IMG/VR virus record: IMGVR_UViG_3300007523_000008
Span: 9,166 to 73,165 of that record
From: a virus
Strand: one strand, 5' to 3'
Length of the DNA: 64,000 nt
The translations under genes were made by a program, and so were the position numbers. Of the stretch, positions 30,001 through 39,214 are shown one piece after another; position 1 is the first letter of the stretch, and each line of letters starts with the position of its first letter. The notes under the pieces were generated by a model. The model was not told the origin of the DNA. It made no database searches and saw nothing but the letters and a program-made list of their open reading frames with translations.

Positions 30001-30332
30001 AGACAGTCGTGGTTTCCAGCAATAACAATTGTTGGACGGATATCCGCACAATTCTTTAAAAACTCACTGGCTAATTGAATTGCTTCTGGAGATAAATCTA
30101 CCTTCGAGTGAAAAACGTCGCCCAAGTTTAAGATAAGAGTGTTCGTCGGTGTTTTTCTAAGACCGTCGTAAACCTTTTCAAATGCCTCACGATATTCATT
30201 ATGTCGTTTGGTAAGCCGAATATGAACGTCGGCGAGATGGACTACACACTTAACTTTATCAAATCCTATATCTAATTTTTCGTAGGTATCTATCATATGT
30301 AATTTTTTGCGAAGCTCCGGGCCATCTTCCAA
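27090..30332 (-). CDS. Fused Mre11/SbcD nuclease - Rad50/SbcC ATPase (T4 gp47-gp46-like); likely start near 30296 (MIDTY)
   Basis: Phosphoesterase motifs LADVH, GDVFH, AGNHD, FHG, GDIH. ATPase motifs NMFSYG, NASGKSS, zinc hook CRFC, signature CSGME, VVDEG, ISH. Confidence 0.9.
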   Translation of the reverse strand: MEDGPELRKKLHMIDTYEKLDIGFDKVKCVVHLADVHIRLTKRHNEYREAFEKVYDGLRKTPTNTLILNLGDVFHSKVDLSPEAIQLASEFLKNCADIRPTIVIAGNHDCLLTNSSRMDSLSPIVNNLNHSKLFYLKESKLYGAGNILFNNMSVFDDPTKYLNIKTVVKSISNQFDCKVALFHGPVHEAMTDIGYQISNRTIVPSIFDGHDIAMLGDIHLIQDIQEYNPAEEKPIIHYAGSMLQQNHGEFLQGHGYTVWNIDARKYIHIEVPNDYGYYTIDIRDGKLITDIKDMPAKPKLRIRCDKTVPTEVKRVVTEIRKSYDITDLVFIRVDSDDVKKQFNNKNSANLTKITNVDYQNELIIKFLKDKYTTIDQATIDAVVDINKTLNEGLNKDDQSKNIRWKPKKFEFSNMFSYGENNVIDFTKLTDVYGLFAANASGKSSLMDALSFCIYDKSARAYKASLVMNSEKMSFECKFNFEINGIDYFIERSGSRDKKGNVAVKVNFYKIENDEQIPLNAEARRSTNELIRDYLGTYDDFILTTLALQGNGGSFIDLGQSERKELLSQFIGLNIFDKLALIASDRVKEVGAAVRAYNKEDNTKRSADMALENESLSAKISEEKTNIDNLKSEISRDLVDISDETAKIISLDNVPTNVDDYIEEKLQLENKISATSEEIEALKTEVIDLKVLHQQDKEALESLNIHKLDEKYSEFVSLSNNVQQKERELDALKTFVREKIKKLEHLDEHQYDPNCRFCMDNVFVKDAKATRGSLTADKETATLLKGDIETSKNALKNYDRFLEMKHKRDELSKKLPVSTNTISRKELKISSLTNDLNSFTVKHRTLVEGIELYEKSKEVVEDNKKHLLVVKQYKQTLSNNSVKLKNLEDQYLKDFARKTSITDQIQTIKTRIEEIELLENEFVAFEYYSQSIGSNGIPYQIISDVIPQIEAEVNNILTQIVEFGMSIETDGRNVNVYINYEDKKWPLELCSGMEKFMAALALRVALINISNLPRPNFMVVDEGFSALDASNFPMVHALFDFMKKNFDFIIVISHLDAMRDMVDKQLEITKENGFSKVDNTK

Positions 30333-30658
30333 CCCTCATTAGTTGGAACAAATCTGGCAATTGGAGACGCGGGCTTGTCGTTGTTTGAAAAGTGCGGGTT
30401 GAGTGGTGTTTGTTTTGAGAGTTTTTCGTAGTCGGACTTTCTGTGCACCAACAACTTCGTCCCTTCATAGTTCGTGTAGTCTGGGTACTTTACTGACATT
30501 AAGATGAAGTCTCCACGAGTCTCACATTTTCCAACAACAAAGTTGGATGGATTTGGTTTGGGCAACTGCTTTGGTTCGCAAGGTGCGAGGTCTCTATACC
30601 CATACCTAATAGGTTTAAAGTCGTAGGTTGATGAACTGCCAAATAGTGATACGCCCAT
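30293..30658 (-). CDS. Hypothetical protein
   Basis: 121-aa ORF (PNPSNF, VKYPD.TNYEG.KLLV, NPHF, PIARF.P...GW..A). Confidence 0.6.
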   Translation of the reverse strand: MGVSLFGSSSTYDFKPIRYGYRDLAPCEPKQLPKPNPSNFVVGKCETRGDFILMSVKYPDYTNYEGTKLLVHRKSDYEKLSKQTPLNPHFSNNDKPASPIARFVPTNEGWKMARSFAKNYI

Positions 30659-30668
30659 GTTTATAATT

Positions 30669-31607
30669 TTAGATTTCCAATCTTAACCGCATTATGCCTG
30701 TAAAGTCAAGATAATCCGTTTCTTTAATGAGTTGTGTAATTTTCCGAAATCCCATAGACCCAGCATCTCCATTTCGAACTTCGACAAGTTTAAGTTTCAA
30801 ACCAACCGACAATAAAAAGTCTGCGATATCTAAAGATAATTTTACAGCGTCGGGGTCTAAAATAAGATTAACCTCAGTCTGATTCTCCACCAGAACCATT
30901 TTTAATTTTTTGCTCAAATATGTTCCGAATAGTGGGCTTACATTTCGCTTGACAGCAATCGCATCAAGTGGTCCTTCTACCAAACTGACTGGATAATTAA
31001 AATCTATCATGTTTTCGAATCCAACGACATCCTTAGACACATCACAGTTATCATATTTTAGATAAACGTCGTCGTAATAACTACGGCCGGTGAAGAAGTT
31101 TAATCGATTATTCTTATCATAAGAAGGAAAAATTATTCTGTCCTTGAAGCGACCCACCGTGCAATAACCCAAATTGTATTTTATAACATCGTGGGCTGTT
31201 ATGCCACGCTTGATAGCATATCGGACAGCTTGTTTATACTCTCTCGTGTCATCTTTTATCGTGAGAGATCGAAAGTCGGGAGGTAAATCCAATATCACTT
31301 CACTGGCTTCTACGTTCTCAGTTGGTTGGTATACTTCTTCTTTGAGTCCAAGTTTATCCAATTCTCGAAAAACGATGTCTTCAACGTTCATCTTCTTAAA
31401 TAAATAGCGGACACCTTTTCCTTTGTTATGACAGACCCAACAGTGCCACGCATACGGCGAATCTAAACACACTTCAAGCTTCCGTTTTCGGTGATGACAA
31501 AACGGACAGAAATATTGTAGGTTATTACCTTTTCTTAACCTACCAGGTTCTTTTAACACTCTGTCCAAGAGGCCCGTAAGTTCAGATTGAACTAATAATG
31601 ACATCAA
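30669..31607 (-). CDS. dnaG: DNA primase (CHC2 Zn finger + Toprim)
   Basis: CPFCHH..WHCWVC, RIIFP, FTGR, LVEGPLDA, LDPDA. Confidence 0.88.
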   Translation of the reverse strand: MMSLLVQSELTGLLDRVLKEPGRLRKGNNLQYFCPFCHHRKRKLEVCLDSPYAWHCWVCHNKGKGVRYLFKKMNVEDIVFRELDKLGLKEEVYQPTENVEASEVILDLPPDFRSLTIKDDTREYKQAVRYAIKRGITAHDVIKYNLGYCTVGRFKDRIIFPSYDKNNRLNFFTGRSYYDDVYLKYDNCDVSKDVVGFENMIDFNYPVSLVEGPLDAIAVKRNVSPLFGTYLSKKLKMVLVENQTEVNLILDPDAVKLSLDIADFLLSVGLKLKLVEVRNGDAGSMGFRKITQLIKETDYLDFTGIMRLRLEI

Positions 31608-31610
31608 TAT

Positions 31611-31639
31611 AAGATACGTTATAACAAGTTCTCTGTCAA
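31611..31639 (-). promoter_or_regulatory. Sigma70-like promoter TTGACA-N17-TATCTT upstream of primase
   Basis: Read directly on the minus strand. Confidence 0.6.
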
Positions 31640-31741
31640 CATATAATAAGGTGGCTGTTATAGTTCACGGCGTTAAACCGAAACTATATCACCACAATGT
31701 CACGGATTCCTCATAAACTCAACGCCAAAAGCGTTATTGTC

Positions 31742-32248
31742 TCAAGGAATGGGGTTGTACAGTGATATGACTATCGAATCACGAACGTCTTCCATTCTTT
31801 TGTCTGGATTATTTTTCTTATTATAAACTGTCCACGGGGTGAGGTCGTACATTTTATCCATCTTCATTTTTACAAATTCTTTTGGCTTGATTCCATCCAA
31901 ACGAGCAGCACCCAAGACTTGCTTCCGTGCTGTCATAGCTCCAACGAGATTTATTTTCTTTCCAAAAGCGTCTTCGAGAGCATATTCAAATATGGCATTC
32001 CACCGAGCAAGCATGACAACAACTGTCCGTGAAGACGGCCCCGCAAAACCGCTTAAGGAGTCTTCTAAATTTATATTTTCAACAGTGTCTATGAGCGAAT
32101 GGGCCTTCATCTTGTCAATGACAAGCTTTGCTTTTTCTCGATTCGGTTTAATATCGGATATATCGATAAAACCGGCATCCTTTATTTTCCCATCTTCCGA
32201 GAGCGCCCATCCGACTGTTGTAGTCGAAGCGTCAAATCCTAGATTCAT
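31742..32248 (-). CDS. ruvC: RuvC-like Holliday junction resolvase
   Basis: LGFDASTTTVGWA, INLED, ARKQVLG, D..DSIVI. Confidence 0.8.
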   Translation of the reverse strand: MNLGFDASTTTVGWALSEDGKIKDAGFIDISDIKPNREKAKLVIDKMKAHSLIDTVENINLEDSLSGFAGPSSRTVVVMLARWNAIFEYALEDAFGKKINLVGAMTARKQVLGAARLDGIKPKEFVKMKMDKMYDLTPWTVYNKKNNPDKRMEDVRDSIVISLYNPIP

Positions 32249-32251
32249 TTA

Positions 32252-32599
32252 TTATCCTTTATACTTCTCCGTCTTCAATTTGTAGTGTCTAGCAGCGTAA
32301 TCCAGAGCGGCTGGCTGATATGATGTCACTCCGCGTTGAGCGAAAGTACGAAATTCTTTTTGAGCGGTATTTGGACTGTCTATCATGTTGGTTGCGGCCA
32401 AACCTGGCGTTCCAGCATTTTTAGCGCCTCTTCCAAAATCCTTCCCACCATTGTATCGGGACTCGATTGAACCACCTGCCGCATACGTTCCTGGACCAGC
32501 CTTGGTGGCTCCTTGACCGAAGCTTCCGCCTGCACCATATTTCTGTTCGATTGATGTGGTGAGCGATGCTCTGTCAATTGGTTGTAGTGGGTCTGCCAT
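32252..32599 (-). CDS. Hypothetical Gly-rich small late protein
   Basis: 115 aa with an internal duplication (SIEQKYGAGGSFGQGA / SIESRYNGGKDFGRGA); late motif plus AGGAG SD upstream. Confidence 0.55.
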   Translation of the reverse strand: MADPLQPIDRASLTTSIEQKYGAGGSFGQGATKAGPGTYAAGGSIESRYNGGKDFGRGAKNAGTPGLAATNMIDSPNTAQKEFRTFAQRGVTSYQPAALDYAARHYKLKTEKYKG

Positions 32600-32630
32600 G
32601 TGTTATTCTCCTATGACTATAAATATAATG

Positions 32631-35600
32631 TTATGTATCAAAACGGACAATTATATTCACCGGCCAATCAATCAAATTCTTAATTGGGTTGCCTAATTTT
32701 CCCACCATGAGGAGTTGGCCCGCGTTGTTGTATAGACCAATGGTTGTGATATAAGGTGCCAGATAAGAACCAGTTGGGTCAAACGAAGACGATTCTATGT
32801 AACTTGAAAAATTAACATCAATGTCAGATTTCCTATTTCCAGAATATACATCGATGTGATTTTTTATATCCTTGTAGTATCTCCTTGTTGAATCTGTGGT
32901 AATTAGAGTGGCTAATTTAGCTTCATTTAGAGTGTTGAGATAGTAATTTAAAAGGAGGGCCCCGTCGAGGATATCTATGATTCCGTTTCCGTCTATATCC
33001 ATTATTCCTGTATCAATCAAATTGGATTTGATATAATCGTAGATTCCTTCGGTTAGGATATCGTCGAATGTAGTAACCGCCGTTCCGGCAACTCCCGCCA
33101 AGGTTTCCAGATACAACACGTCCTCCGATTCTGTTTGGAGAATGTCATTATTCCACCAACTCTCATCCTTCAACGTATCTTGTTCCAAGACATATCCGTT
33201 ATCATCCGTATCTGTGGCTGTGTAGAATCTCTGTTTATTTAAAAACCTTAAAATTAAATCAATGTCCTGCATGTCAAACACGCCGTCTTGGTTTACATCG
33301 AATACGGTTGGGTATTGTGCCAATGATGCTGGATTTGTAGAGTAATTAAATTCTGACGGCGACACATTGACTAAATATTCGTGTTCGTATATTGTGTGGG
33401 TTCCCTTATATTCTAGTGAGAAACCTCGGGACCCGGTACCAGTCATTATAGTTTGATAGTTGGCATCGTCGGATGTTATTACTATCTGTCCGTTTTTGTA
33501 GAAAACATTTCCTATCTTTGGATTTCTTTCGAGTCTCTCAATGTCGTAAACATAAGCAGCCCCATGGATACTAGCTGAAACCAATGAGCCGGACGCCTCA
33601 AAATAGTCGAGAGTTCCTGTGTCAACTGGGTAGTTAAAAATCGGGCTGCCGACCACCAAGAACATTGAGCCGGATGAAGCATCGGATAGCGCTGTCGAAT
33701 AACCGTAGTTATAATATGGCATCTCTTTCTCCTTGACGCGCTTTATAGTCTGTGCTAAATCCCAACCCATTTCTCCAACATTATAACTGTAAATAGATAC
33801 CCTACCTAAAACAGTTGATTGGTCAGACGAACTTGTAGAATATGTTTGCCAGTTTTCTATATCAAAATTACCACCGCTAAACGAAGCTGTGTAACTGAGT
33901 TTATCCGCTGAGTACCCAACAGAAGCGTATCCGTTACTCACTGAGACACTTCTGGCAAAATTGTTATTCAAAGTCACCGAACGGTCTCCGAATGTTTTGT
34001 CTCTCAACGCACAGTCATAAATTCCACACGATGTGTCTGTATCGAAACTGTAGAAATAAACTGCCCCCAAAGACTGGGTTACTTGGGCTCCAATGAAAGG
34101 TACAAATCCCTTGTCATATGGTGAGCAAATTGCTAAATGGTTCCCATCAATCGAAACGTTATATCCAAACCCATCTGTGTAAATTGGAACCTCCAAGAAA
34201 TTGAATGGGTGGGTGGCATCTAAGTCAGAGTAATCTTCGTTGCTGGTAAAGGTCTTGTACAAATCCCAAGAAGCGGTTGGGCATGTATCCGTGGTATATG
34301 ATGCGGTGAACAGTACAGCGTAACCCGAACCACTGGTTATGTGTGTGCCGACTAACAACCGACCGTCACTTATGGATACGGAATATCCAAATTGAGAATC
34401 TGCGACACTCGACGTGATGATAGTTTCAAGCTCCCAACTAAAATTTCCAGATACAAAATATGGTGCACCTTCTTCTCCATACACTTCGAATAAACTCCCC
34501 GATTCAGTAACTATGATCGAACAAGAACCGCTTTCAGATGAAATTTTTTGCCAGAACGATGAAGTTGGTATGCTCATACAACTACCACTACCATATTGCT
34601 TTTGTCTAAAAATGTAAACTGAGCCAGAATTCGAATCGGCGCCTGGCGCTCCCACGGCTAAAATTCCCCTATCGTGCGCGGCGGATGCTCCAAATTGGTC
34701 CGACGACCCCGAACCTTCTAAAATATTTATAAGCCCCCAGTGGTCAGCTCCACCCTTGTATTTATCGTAAATATAAACCATTCCGGAACCAGACTGTTCA
34801 GAGATACACCCGTCTTCGGTTGGAGAACCAATCACAACAAAATCATCCCTCACGGAGACCGCGTATCCAAATCCATCTTGATAGCTTGAAGTAAAGCCGG
34901 CGCGGTTGGAAATAAAAGGTGAACGAAACGTTTTAATCAATCTATGACGACTCTCATTGGTATCGTATTTGTAGACATCGGCTCGGCCATTTTTAACGTA
35001 GGCTGATGTATTTGTGTCTGTTGGGGAGCCGACCAAAACATACTTATACCACGAAGACACAGAGTAACCAAATCTTTCATTTTCAGAATGGTATTCCGGT
35101 ATACTTACCGACGCAGACCATGATCCCACACCTTCAACGTAGTCGATTAAACCGCCAGCGTTTTTGATTGTTTGAGCTTGAGCGTACGTGACTAGATTCT
35201 CCCTGTAATAAAACTCTCCCGAACCCGTGACCCAATATGAAGCGGTCTCGCCGTTATACGGTAATAACACATCAGTCGTTGGAAAGAAACTACCACTGGA
35301 ATATAGATTTGTAAATCCGTCATCGCGCACAACAATACTTTCGTGTTGGTTACTATTATCCTCCAATCGGATTGTACCAGGAACTATTTTGTCGCCCCAG
35401 TAGTTTCGTGAAATCCGTCCAACCATAACTCTATCGTTGATTAGTCGGATTTCTTTTTCCTTAGTAATAGGATCTTCACCGACAAACTCAACACCGAATT
35501 GGTTCATCGGGTTATTAATGTTTCTATAGAACAGTGAGTCAACCGCTGAATAGGTATTTCTCTTGTATTCACCTGATACATTTACCGGCTCGACCGAGGA

Positions 35601-35798
35601 ATCGTATAGTGAACTTCCCGTTGGATAAAAATTTCCTGAGATATTTAGTCCCTCATTAACCGTCATCTTATCCTCAAAATATGTAGAATCTCCATAGGAG
35701 TCCACACTTGAGCTATCAATACTTTGGATTGTCCAATTTTTGTGAGTACGGAATGGCCTAACGGTGATGTCGCTTTTTGAGAATTTTTTGTGCATCAC
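32631..35798 (-). CDS. Baseplate/tail structural protein with FG-GAP beta-propeller and dockerin/EF-hand-like motifs
   Basis: Repeated FG.SVS....L.VG.P...G.VY.F units. DVNQDGVFDMQD and DIDGNGIIDILD motifs. C-terminal NYSTNP...YITTIGLYN...L..VGKL..P.K...IIVRFD shared with 36706..37821. Confidence 0.75.
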   Translation of the reverse strand: MMHKKFSKSDITVRPFRTHKNWTIQSIDSSSVDSYGDSTYFEDKMTVNEGLNISGNFYPTGSSLYDSSVEPVNVSGEYKRNTYSAVDSLFYRNINNPMNQFGVEFVGEDPITKEKEIRLINDRVMVGRISRNYWGDKIVPGTIRLEDNSNQHESIVVRDDGFTNLYSSGSFFPTTDVLLPYNGETASYWVTGSGEFYYRENLVTYAQAQTIKNAGGLIDYVEGVGSWSASVSIPEYHSENERFGYSVSSWYKYVLVGSPTDTNTSAYVKNGRADVYKYDTNESRHRLIKTFRSPFISNRAGFTSSYQDGFGYAVSVRDDFVVIGSPTEDGCISEQSGSGMVYIYDKYKGGADHWGLINILEGSGSSDQFGASAAHDRGILAVGAPGADSNSGSVYIFRQKQYGSGSCMSIPTSSFWQKISSESGSCSIIVTESGSLFEVYGEEGAPYFVSGNFSWELETIITSSVADSQFGYSVSISDGRLLVGTHITSGSGYAVLFTASYTTDTCPTASWDLYKTFTSNEDYSDLDATHPFNFLEVPIYTDGFGYNVSIDGNHLAICSPYDKGFVPFIGAQVTQSLGAVYFYSFDTDTSCGIYDCALRDKTFGDRSVTLNNNFARSVSVSNGYASVGYSADKLSYTASFSGGNFDIENWQTYSTSSSDQSTVLGRVSIYSYNVGEMGWDLAQTIKRVKEKEMPYYNYGYSTALSDASSGSMFLVVGSPIFNYPVDTGTLDYFEASGSLVSASIHGAAYVYDIERLERNPKIGNVFYKNGQIVITSDDANYQTIMTGTGSRGFSLEYKGTHTIYEHEYLVNVSPSEFNYSTNPASLAQYPTVFDVNQDGVFDMQDIDLILRFLNKQRFYTATDTDDNGYVLEQDTLKDESWWNNDILQTESEDVLYLETLAGVAGTAVTTFDDILTEGIYDYIKSNLIDTGIMDIDGNGIIDILDGALLLNYYLNTLNEAKLATLITTDSTRRYYKDIKNHIDVYSGNRKSDIDVNFSSYIESSSFDPTGSYLAPYITTIGLYNNAGQLLMVGKLGNPIKNLIDWPVNIIVRFDT

Positions 35799-35821
35799 CT
35801 ATAAATATTGACCATGATGAG

Positions 35822-36664
35822 TTATTCTGACTCCAAAATGATGACTTCTCTTAGTCTGTTCTTAACAACGCTGATATCTTTTTTAATATCCGCCTCCCAC
35901 ATACGAATAATCTTATACCCTCTATTTTTCGCCATTATTTCTTTTAGCGAGTCCTTAATCCTAGTTTTTTCAGCTCCCCGAAAATGACTCTTAGTGTTGG
36001 GATTTCCGTGCCAATAATCACCATCAACTTCGATAATAATTGGTTTATTCTTAATTTTGAAATCATAAGCTCCAACTTCATTTCCTTCCGATATAAAAAA
36101 TTGATATGTATATTTCAATCCAAGTCGGTCAAGCTCGTCAGCGACCCGCTTTTCGAGCTTGTTCATACTATGTCCAATGGAAAACATCTTTTTTCTGGAC
36201 TCAACGGTGTGTTTTTTTCCGAACATTGGATTGTTTTTTCCTTTAGAATACCCCTTTTCGATTCTTGTTTTTGACATTTTTTCTCTAACTTCTTTTCTTT
36301 TTGAAGAATTATTTTCACCCATATTTTCTGGTCGTGGGTGACTATTGGCAATTCCTATTTTTCTTTTAGATTCATCACTCATTTGGAATCCAAAATGAGG
36401 AGACTTCTCCCCAGTCCAAGTTTTTCTTAACTTAGCTAAACATGTTCTCGAACATGTTCTTCCTTTTTTTCCCTGAGCCTTGGTGACAGTTCCACACACC
36501 TCACATTCCGTCCAACCAAACTGTCTAAAATCATCAAGATTATTTCTTACATAGTCGTTAAAGTTTACACCATGATGCGCTCTCAGGTGTATAGATATTA
36601 TCTTCGGAAGAACGGATTGATTACATAATTTGCATGTTATATTCACGCTCATAAATATAAACAA
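35822..36664 (-). CDS. Free-standing NUMOD3 + DUF559/Vsr-like homing endonuclease
   Basis: C2H2 finger, CSRTC, NPMFGKKHT.ESRKK, and YDF..K..IIEVDGDYWH...IIRMWE. Confidence 0.8.
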   Translation of the reverse strand: MFIFMSVNITCKLCNQSVLPKIISIHLRAHHGVNFNDYVRNNLDDFRQFGWTECEVCGTVTKAQGKKGRTCSRTCLAKLRKTWTGEKSPHFGFQMSDESKRKIGIANSHPRPENMGENNSSKRKEVREKMSKTRIEKGYSKGKNNPMFGKKHTVESRKKMFSIGHSMNKLEKRVADELDRLGLKYTYQFFISEGNEVGAYDFKIKNKPIIIEVDGDYWHGNPNTKSHFRGAEKTRIKDSLKEIMAKNRGYKIIRMWEADIKKDISVVKNRLREVIILESE

Positions 36665-36705
36665 GACTGCAAAATGCGCCGTCTAATCGAATTTTAATTA
36701 AATCC

Positions 36706-37821
36706 TCAAGTATCGAGGCGAATTTTAATTAGCGTTTCGTTAGAAAAGTTCTTCAACGCTGGTTGGCTGAGCTTTGCAACGGCTACAAGATCATTATTCT
36801 CATTATACAATCCGACTGTGGTAATATATACCTGAGGGTCGTTCGTGAAATCTGTGAACCGAAGTTTTCCAACATCACCAGAATCAACAGAGCCCGCATC
36901 TGCCTCCGATTGGGCGTATACAAAAGAAGGGTTATTGGAATAATTGAATTCTTGATTCTTGACACGAACAAAATAGTGACGGGCTGGTACATACTCAGTA
37001 ACTCTAGCCTGCAATGAGCCACTGTGGTTATTGATGATAGCATTGGCGAGACGTTGGTGCATCAGTGAGTAGTTAGTGTTAGATGCGCCAGGTGTACCTA
37101 GTGAAAGTCCGCCCACAGTACCGACAATCGAACTGATTACAGTTGGGTTCAATATTACAACCCCAAGGTCCGGATACATCGACCCAGCACCAGAATAAAC
37201 AACCTGACTGAGTGAATCGATTACTGCACCGTCAGCAAGGCTTCCGGATACTACATTGAACCGTTTACCGCCCGCGGTTCCGTCCGGCGTAGTGTTATAC
37301 CTAGAATCATCCACAAAAGTAAATGTTCCATTAGCACCGGTCAGTTTTAGTTCAAATTGGCCCGGATCGAGTCTGTCTTTAACTTTAGAACTAGCAAAGT
37401 TTAAAGCGTAGATGTCCGGTGAATTGTATTCTGATAAAGAAGAACCGGTGTAAAATGTGAACAGTTGGTCGTCCGGAATCAATAGAAAATTACGATATTG
37501 ATTGTAGATTGCTTGGGTTGGTTTTAGAAGACTTCCTGTTGAAGTTGATAGGTCGAGGTCAGATGAACCAGACGCAGCGTAGTGGCCGTATGCTACTGAC
37601 AAGTAAACTTCCGATGAAGCCGAACCGGTGACATCGTCGTATAGGTTAATATAGTAGAGTCCATTTAGTGGATCGAAAGCAGATGAGCCGGTTATACGTG
37701 CTTGGGTACTTGAAGTAAAGAATGTGGTCCATGAGGATACGCCACCGGAGAACATACCAGTAGAAACTTGTTGAACTCTTCCGGCTACTACATCTGTTGA
37801 ATCGAAGTTTTTAAAAATCAT
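36706..37821 (-). CDS. Baseplate/tail structural protein
   Basis: AYGH, AIY.QY.N, KDRLDPG, FNYSNNP, YITTVGLYN..N.LVAVAKLS.P.....IKIRLD; paralogous C-terminus with 32631..35798. Confidence 0.65.
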   Translation of the reverse strand: MIFKNFDSTDVVAGRVQQVSTGMFSGGVSSWTTFFTSSTQARITGSSAFDPLNGLYYINLYDDVTGSASSEVYLSVAYGHYAASGSSDLDLSTSTGSLLKPTQAIYNQYRNFLLIPDDQLFTFYTGSSLSEYNSPDIYALNFASSKVKDRLDPGQFELKLTGANGTFTFVDDSRYNTTPDGTAGGKRFNVVSGSLADGAVIDSLSQVVYSGAGSMYPDLGVVILNPTVISSIVGTVGGLSLGTPGASNTNYSLMHQRLANAIINNHSGSLQARVTEYVPARHYFVRVKNQEFNYSNNPSFVYAQSEADAGSVDSGDVGKLRFTDFTNDPQVYITTVGLYNENNDLVAVAKLSQPALKNFSNETLIKIRLDT

Positions 37822-37828
37822 AACGAAA

Positions 37829-38455
37829 TTACTTTACAGTGACGGTTACTGGGATAGAAACCGAACCACCACTCTCATTACCAATAACCGTCAACCTTGT
37901 TGTAGTCGTGGTGGTGAGCGATGCGTTTGGAACAAATCGGAAACGGAGTCCTAGAGAAACTTGAGCGGTTGTGGATGTTATGTCACCGATAAAGGTTGGA
38001 ATAGTAGCGTTAACGGTACTTTGTAATTGCTCACCGATGATTGTCCCAACATTCTTATTGGACAAGATAGCGGTGTATCCAGTGGTTGTATTGTAGAGAG
38101 GATTTGTTGAAGGGACGATGACGACTTCACCCTTGTAATCAGACGTAACATTGATGCTGGTTTGACCAAGGCTGATAACAGGAATAGCCGATACTCCAGC
38201 TGGTAGAGTGACGAGCTTATATTTCAATACTTGTGTTTCATCCGTAAATGCTTCCATGATTGGAGTATTACGTATCGCCAAATCATAAAAACCAGAGCCT
38301 TGTGGGTGATTTGGTTGGTATAGTTTATAATCAATCTCGTCATCGGATAGCGCGAATGATGTGATGTTTAATCCACCCTGCGTAGCGAGAAGTTCACGAC
38401 CCTTTTTGGTCAAAACAGCATCGACAGTAACGGTTTGATTGTTCAGATAGCTCAT
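37829..38455 (-). CDS. Baseplate/tail structural protein
   Basis: DAVLTKKGRELLA...FALSDDEIDY pattern plus an Ig-like C-terminal half. Confidence 0.65.
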   Translation of the reverse strand: MSYLNNQTVTVDAVLTKKGRELLATQGGLNITSFALSDDEIDYKLYQPNHPQGSGFYDLAIRNTPIMEAFTDETQVLKYKLVTLPAGVSAIPVISLGQTSINVTSDYKGEVVIVPSTNPLYNTTTGYTAILSNKNVGTIIGEQLQSTVNATIPTFIGDITSTTAQVSLGLRFRFVPNASLTTTTTTRLTVIGNESGGSVSIPVTVTVK

Positions 38456-39213
38456 ATTTTTTGTGGTTTGTTTACAAGTTTATTTAAAAATCGACCCATT
38501 GAGGATGGTGTTACTCCATATTTAACCGATAATTGTTTTTTGTTCATCTTTCCCAATAAATATAGTTCTTTAATGGTTTCTGTCTCACTTTTAGGTATTT
38601 TGTTTTTCTTGTGAATACCATTTTTAATAGACCGCCCAACACCCTCAGAGATTCTAAAACGCTCCTCAGTAGTAAATTTTTTATCAGAGCGTAATTTACC
38701 CGCAGAAATACACAAACTGTGTTGTTTTGTATATATTCTTCCAACATTCGCCAGTTGAGCCAACTTTATATTCTGGTAAGAACTCGGTCTACCAACCATC
38801 TTCACCCGCGTTGTCACCAAATGGGGCCGCTTCTTTCCAAAATGCGGGCTGTCAACCCCTTTAAATTTTCCAAACTTCGAATTGCTAATTTTTTTCTTTG
38901 TTTCATCGGACAATCTACCATGACTACCAGCTCCCCGAATGTTATATCCCCTTTTTATAGAATCTTTTTGAAACATCCAATATGACTCCCTAGCATCTAA
39001 CTCAGATTGTGGACATGTTGTTTCTTCCAATATCACTTTTTCAAAATTATCATATCCATATTTTTTAAGAGCGTTGTATAATTTTACTTGAGATTTACAT
39101 TGTAAGTTGGAATAGGCCGTTCTCCACCGCTTACATATATCCCAACTTTGACCAACATACCACTCATCCGATTTTAGCACATTTCTCAAACCATATATTC
39201 CAGAAATTCTCAT
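38452..39213 (-). CDS. Free-standing GIY-YIG homing endonuclease with NUMOD3 motifs
   Basis: SGIYGL.N......YVGQS..I..RW, LY.A.KKYG..NF, GYN, LSDETKKKIS, C-terminal HTH. Confidence 0.88.
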   Translation of the reverse strand: MRISGIYGLRNVLKSDEWYVGQSWDICKRWRTAYSNLQCKSQVKLYNALKKYGYDNFEKVILEETTCPQSELDARESYWMFQKDSIKRGYNIRGAGSHGRLSDETKKKISNSKFGKFKGVDSPHFGKKRPHLVTTRVKMVGRPSSYQNIKLAQLANVGRIYTKQHSLCISAGKLRSDKKFTTEERFRISEGVGRSIKNGIHKKNKIPKSETETIKELYLLGKMNKKQLSVKYGVTPSSMGRFLNKLVNKPQKI

Positions 39214-39214
39214 T

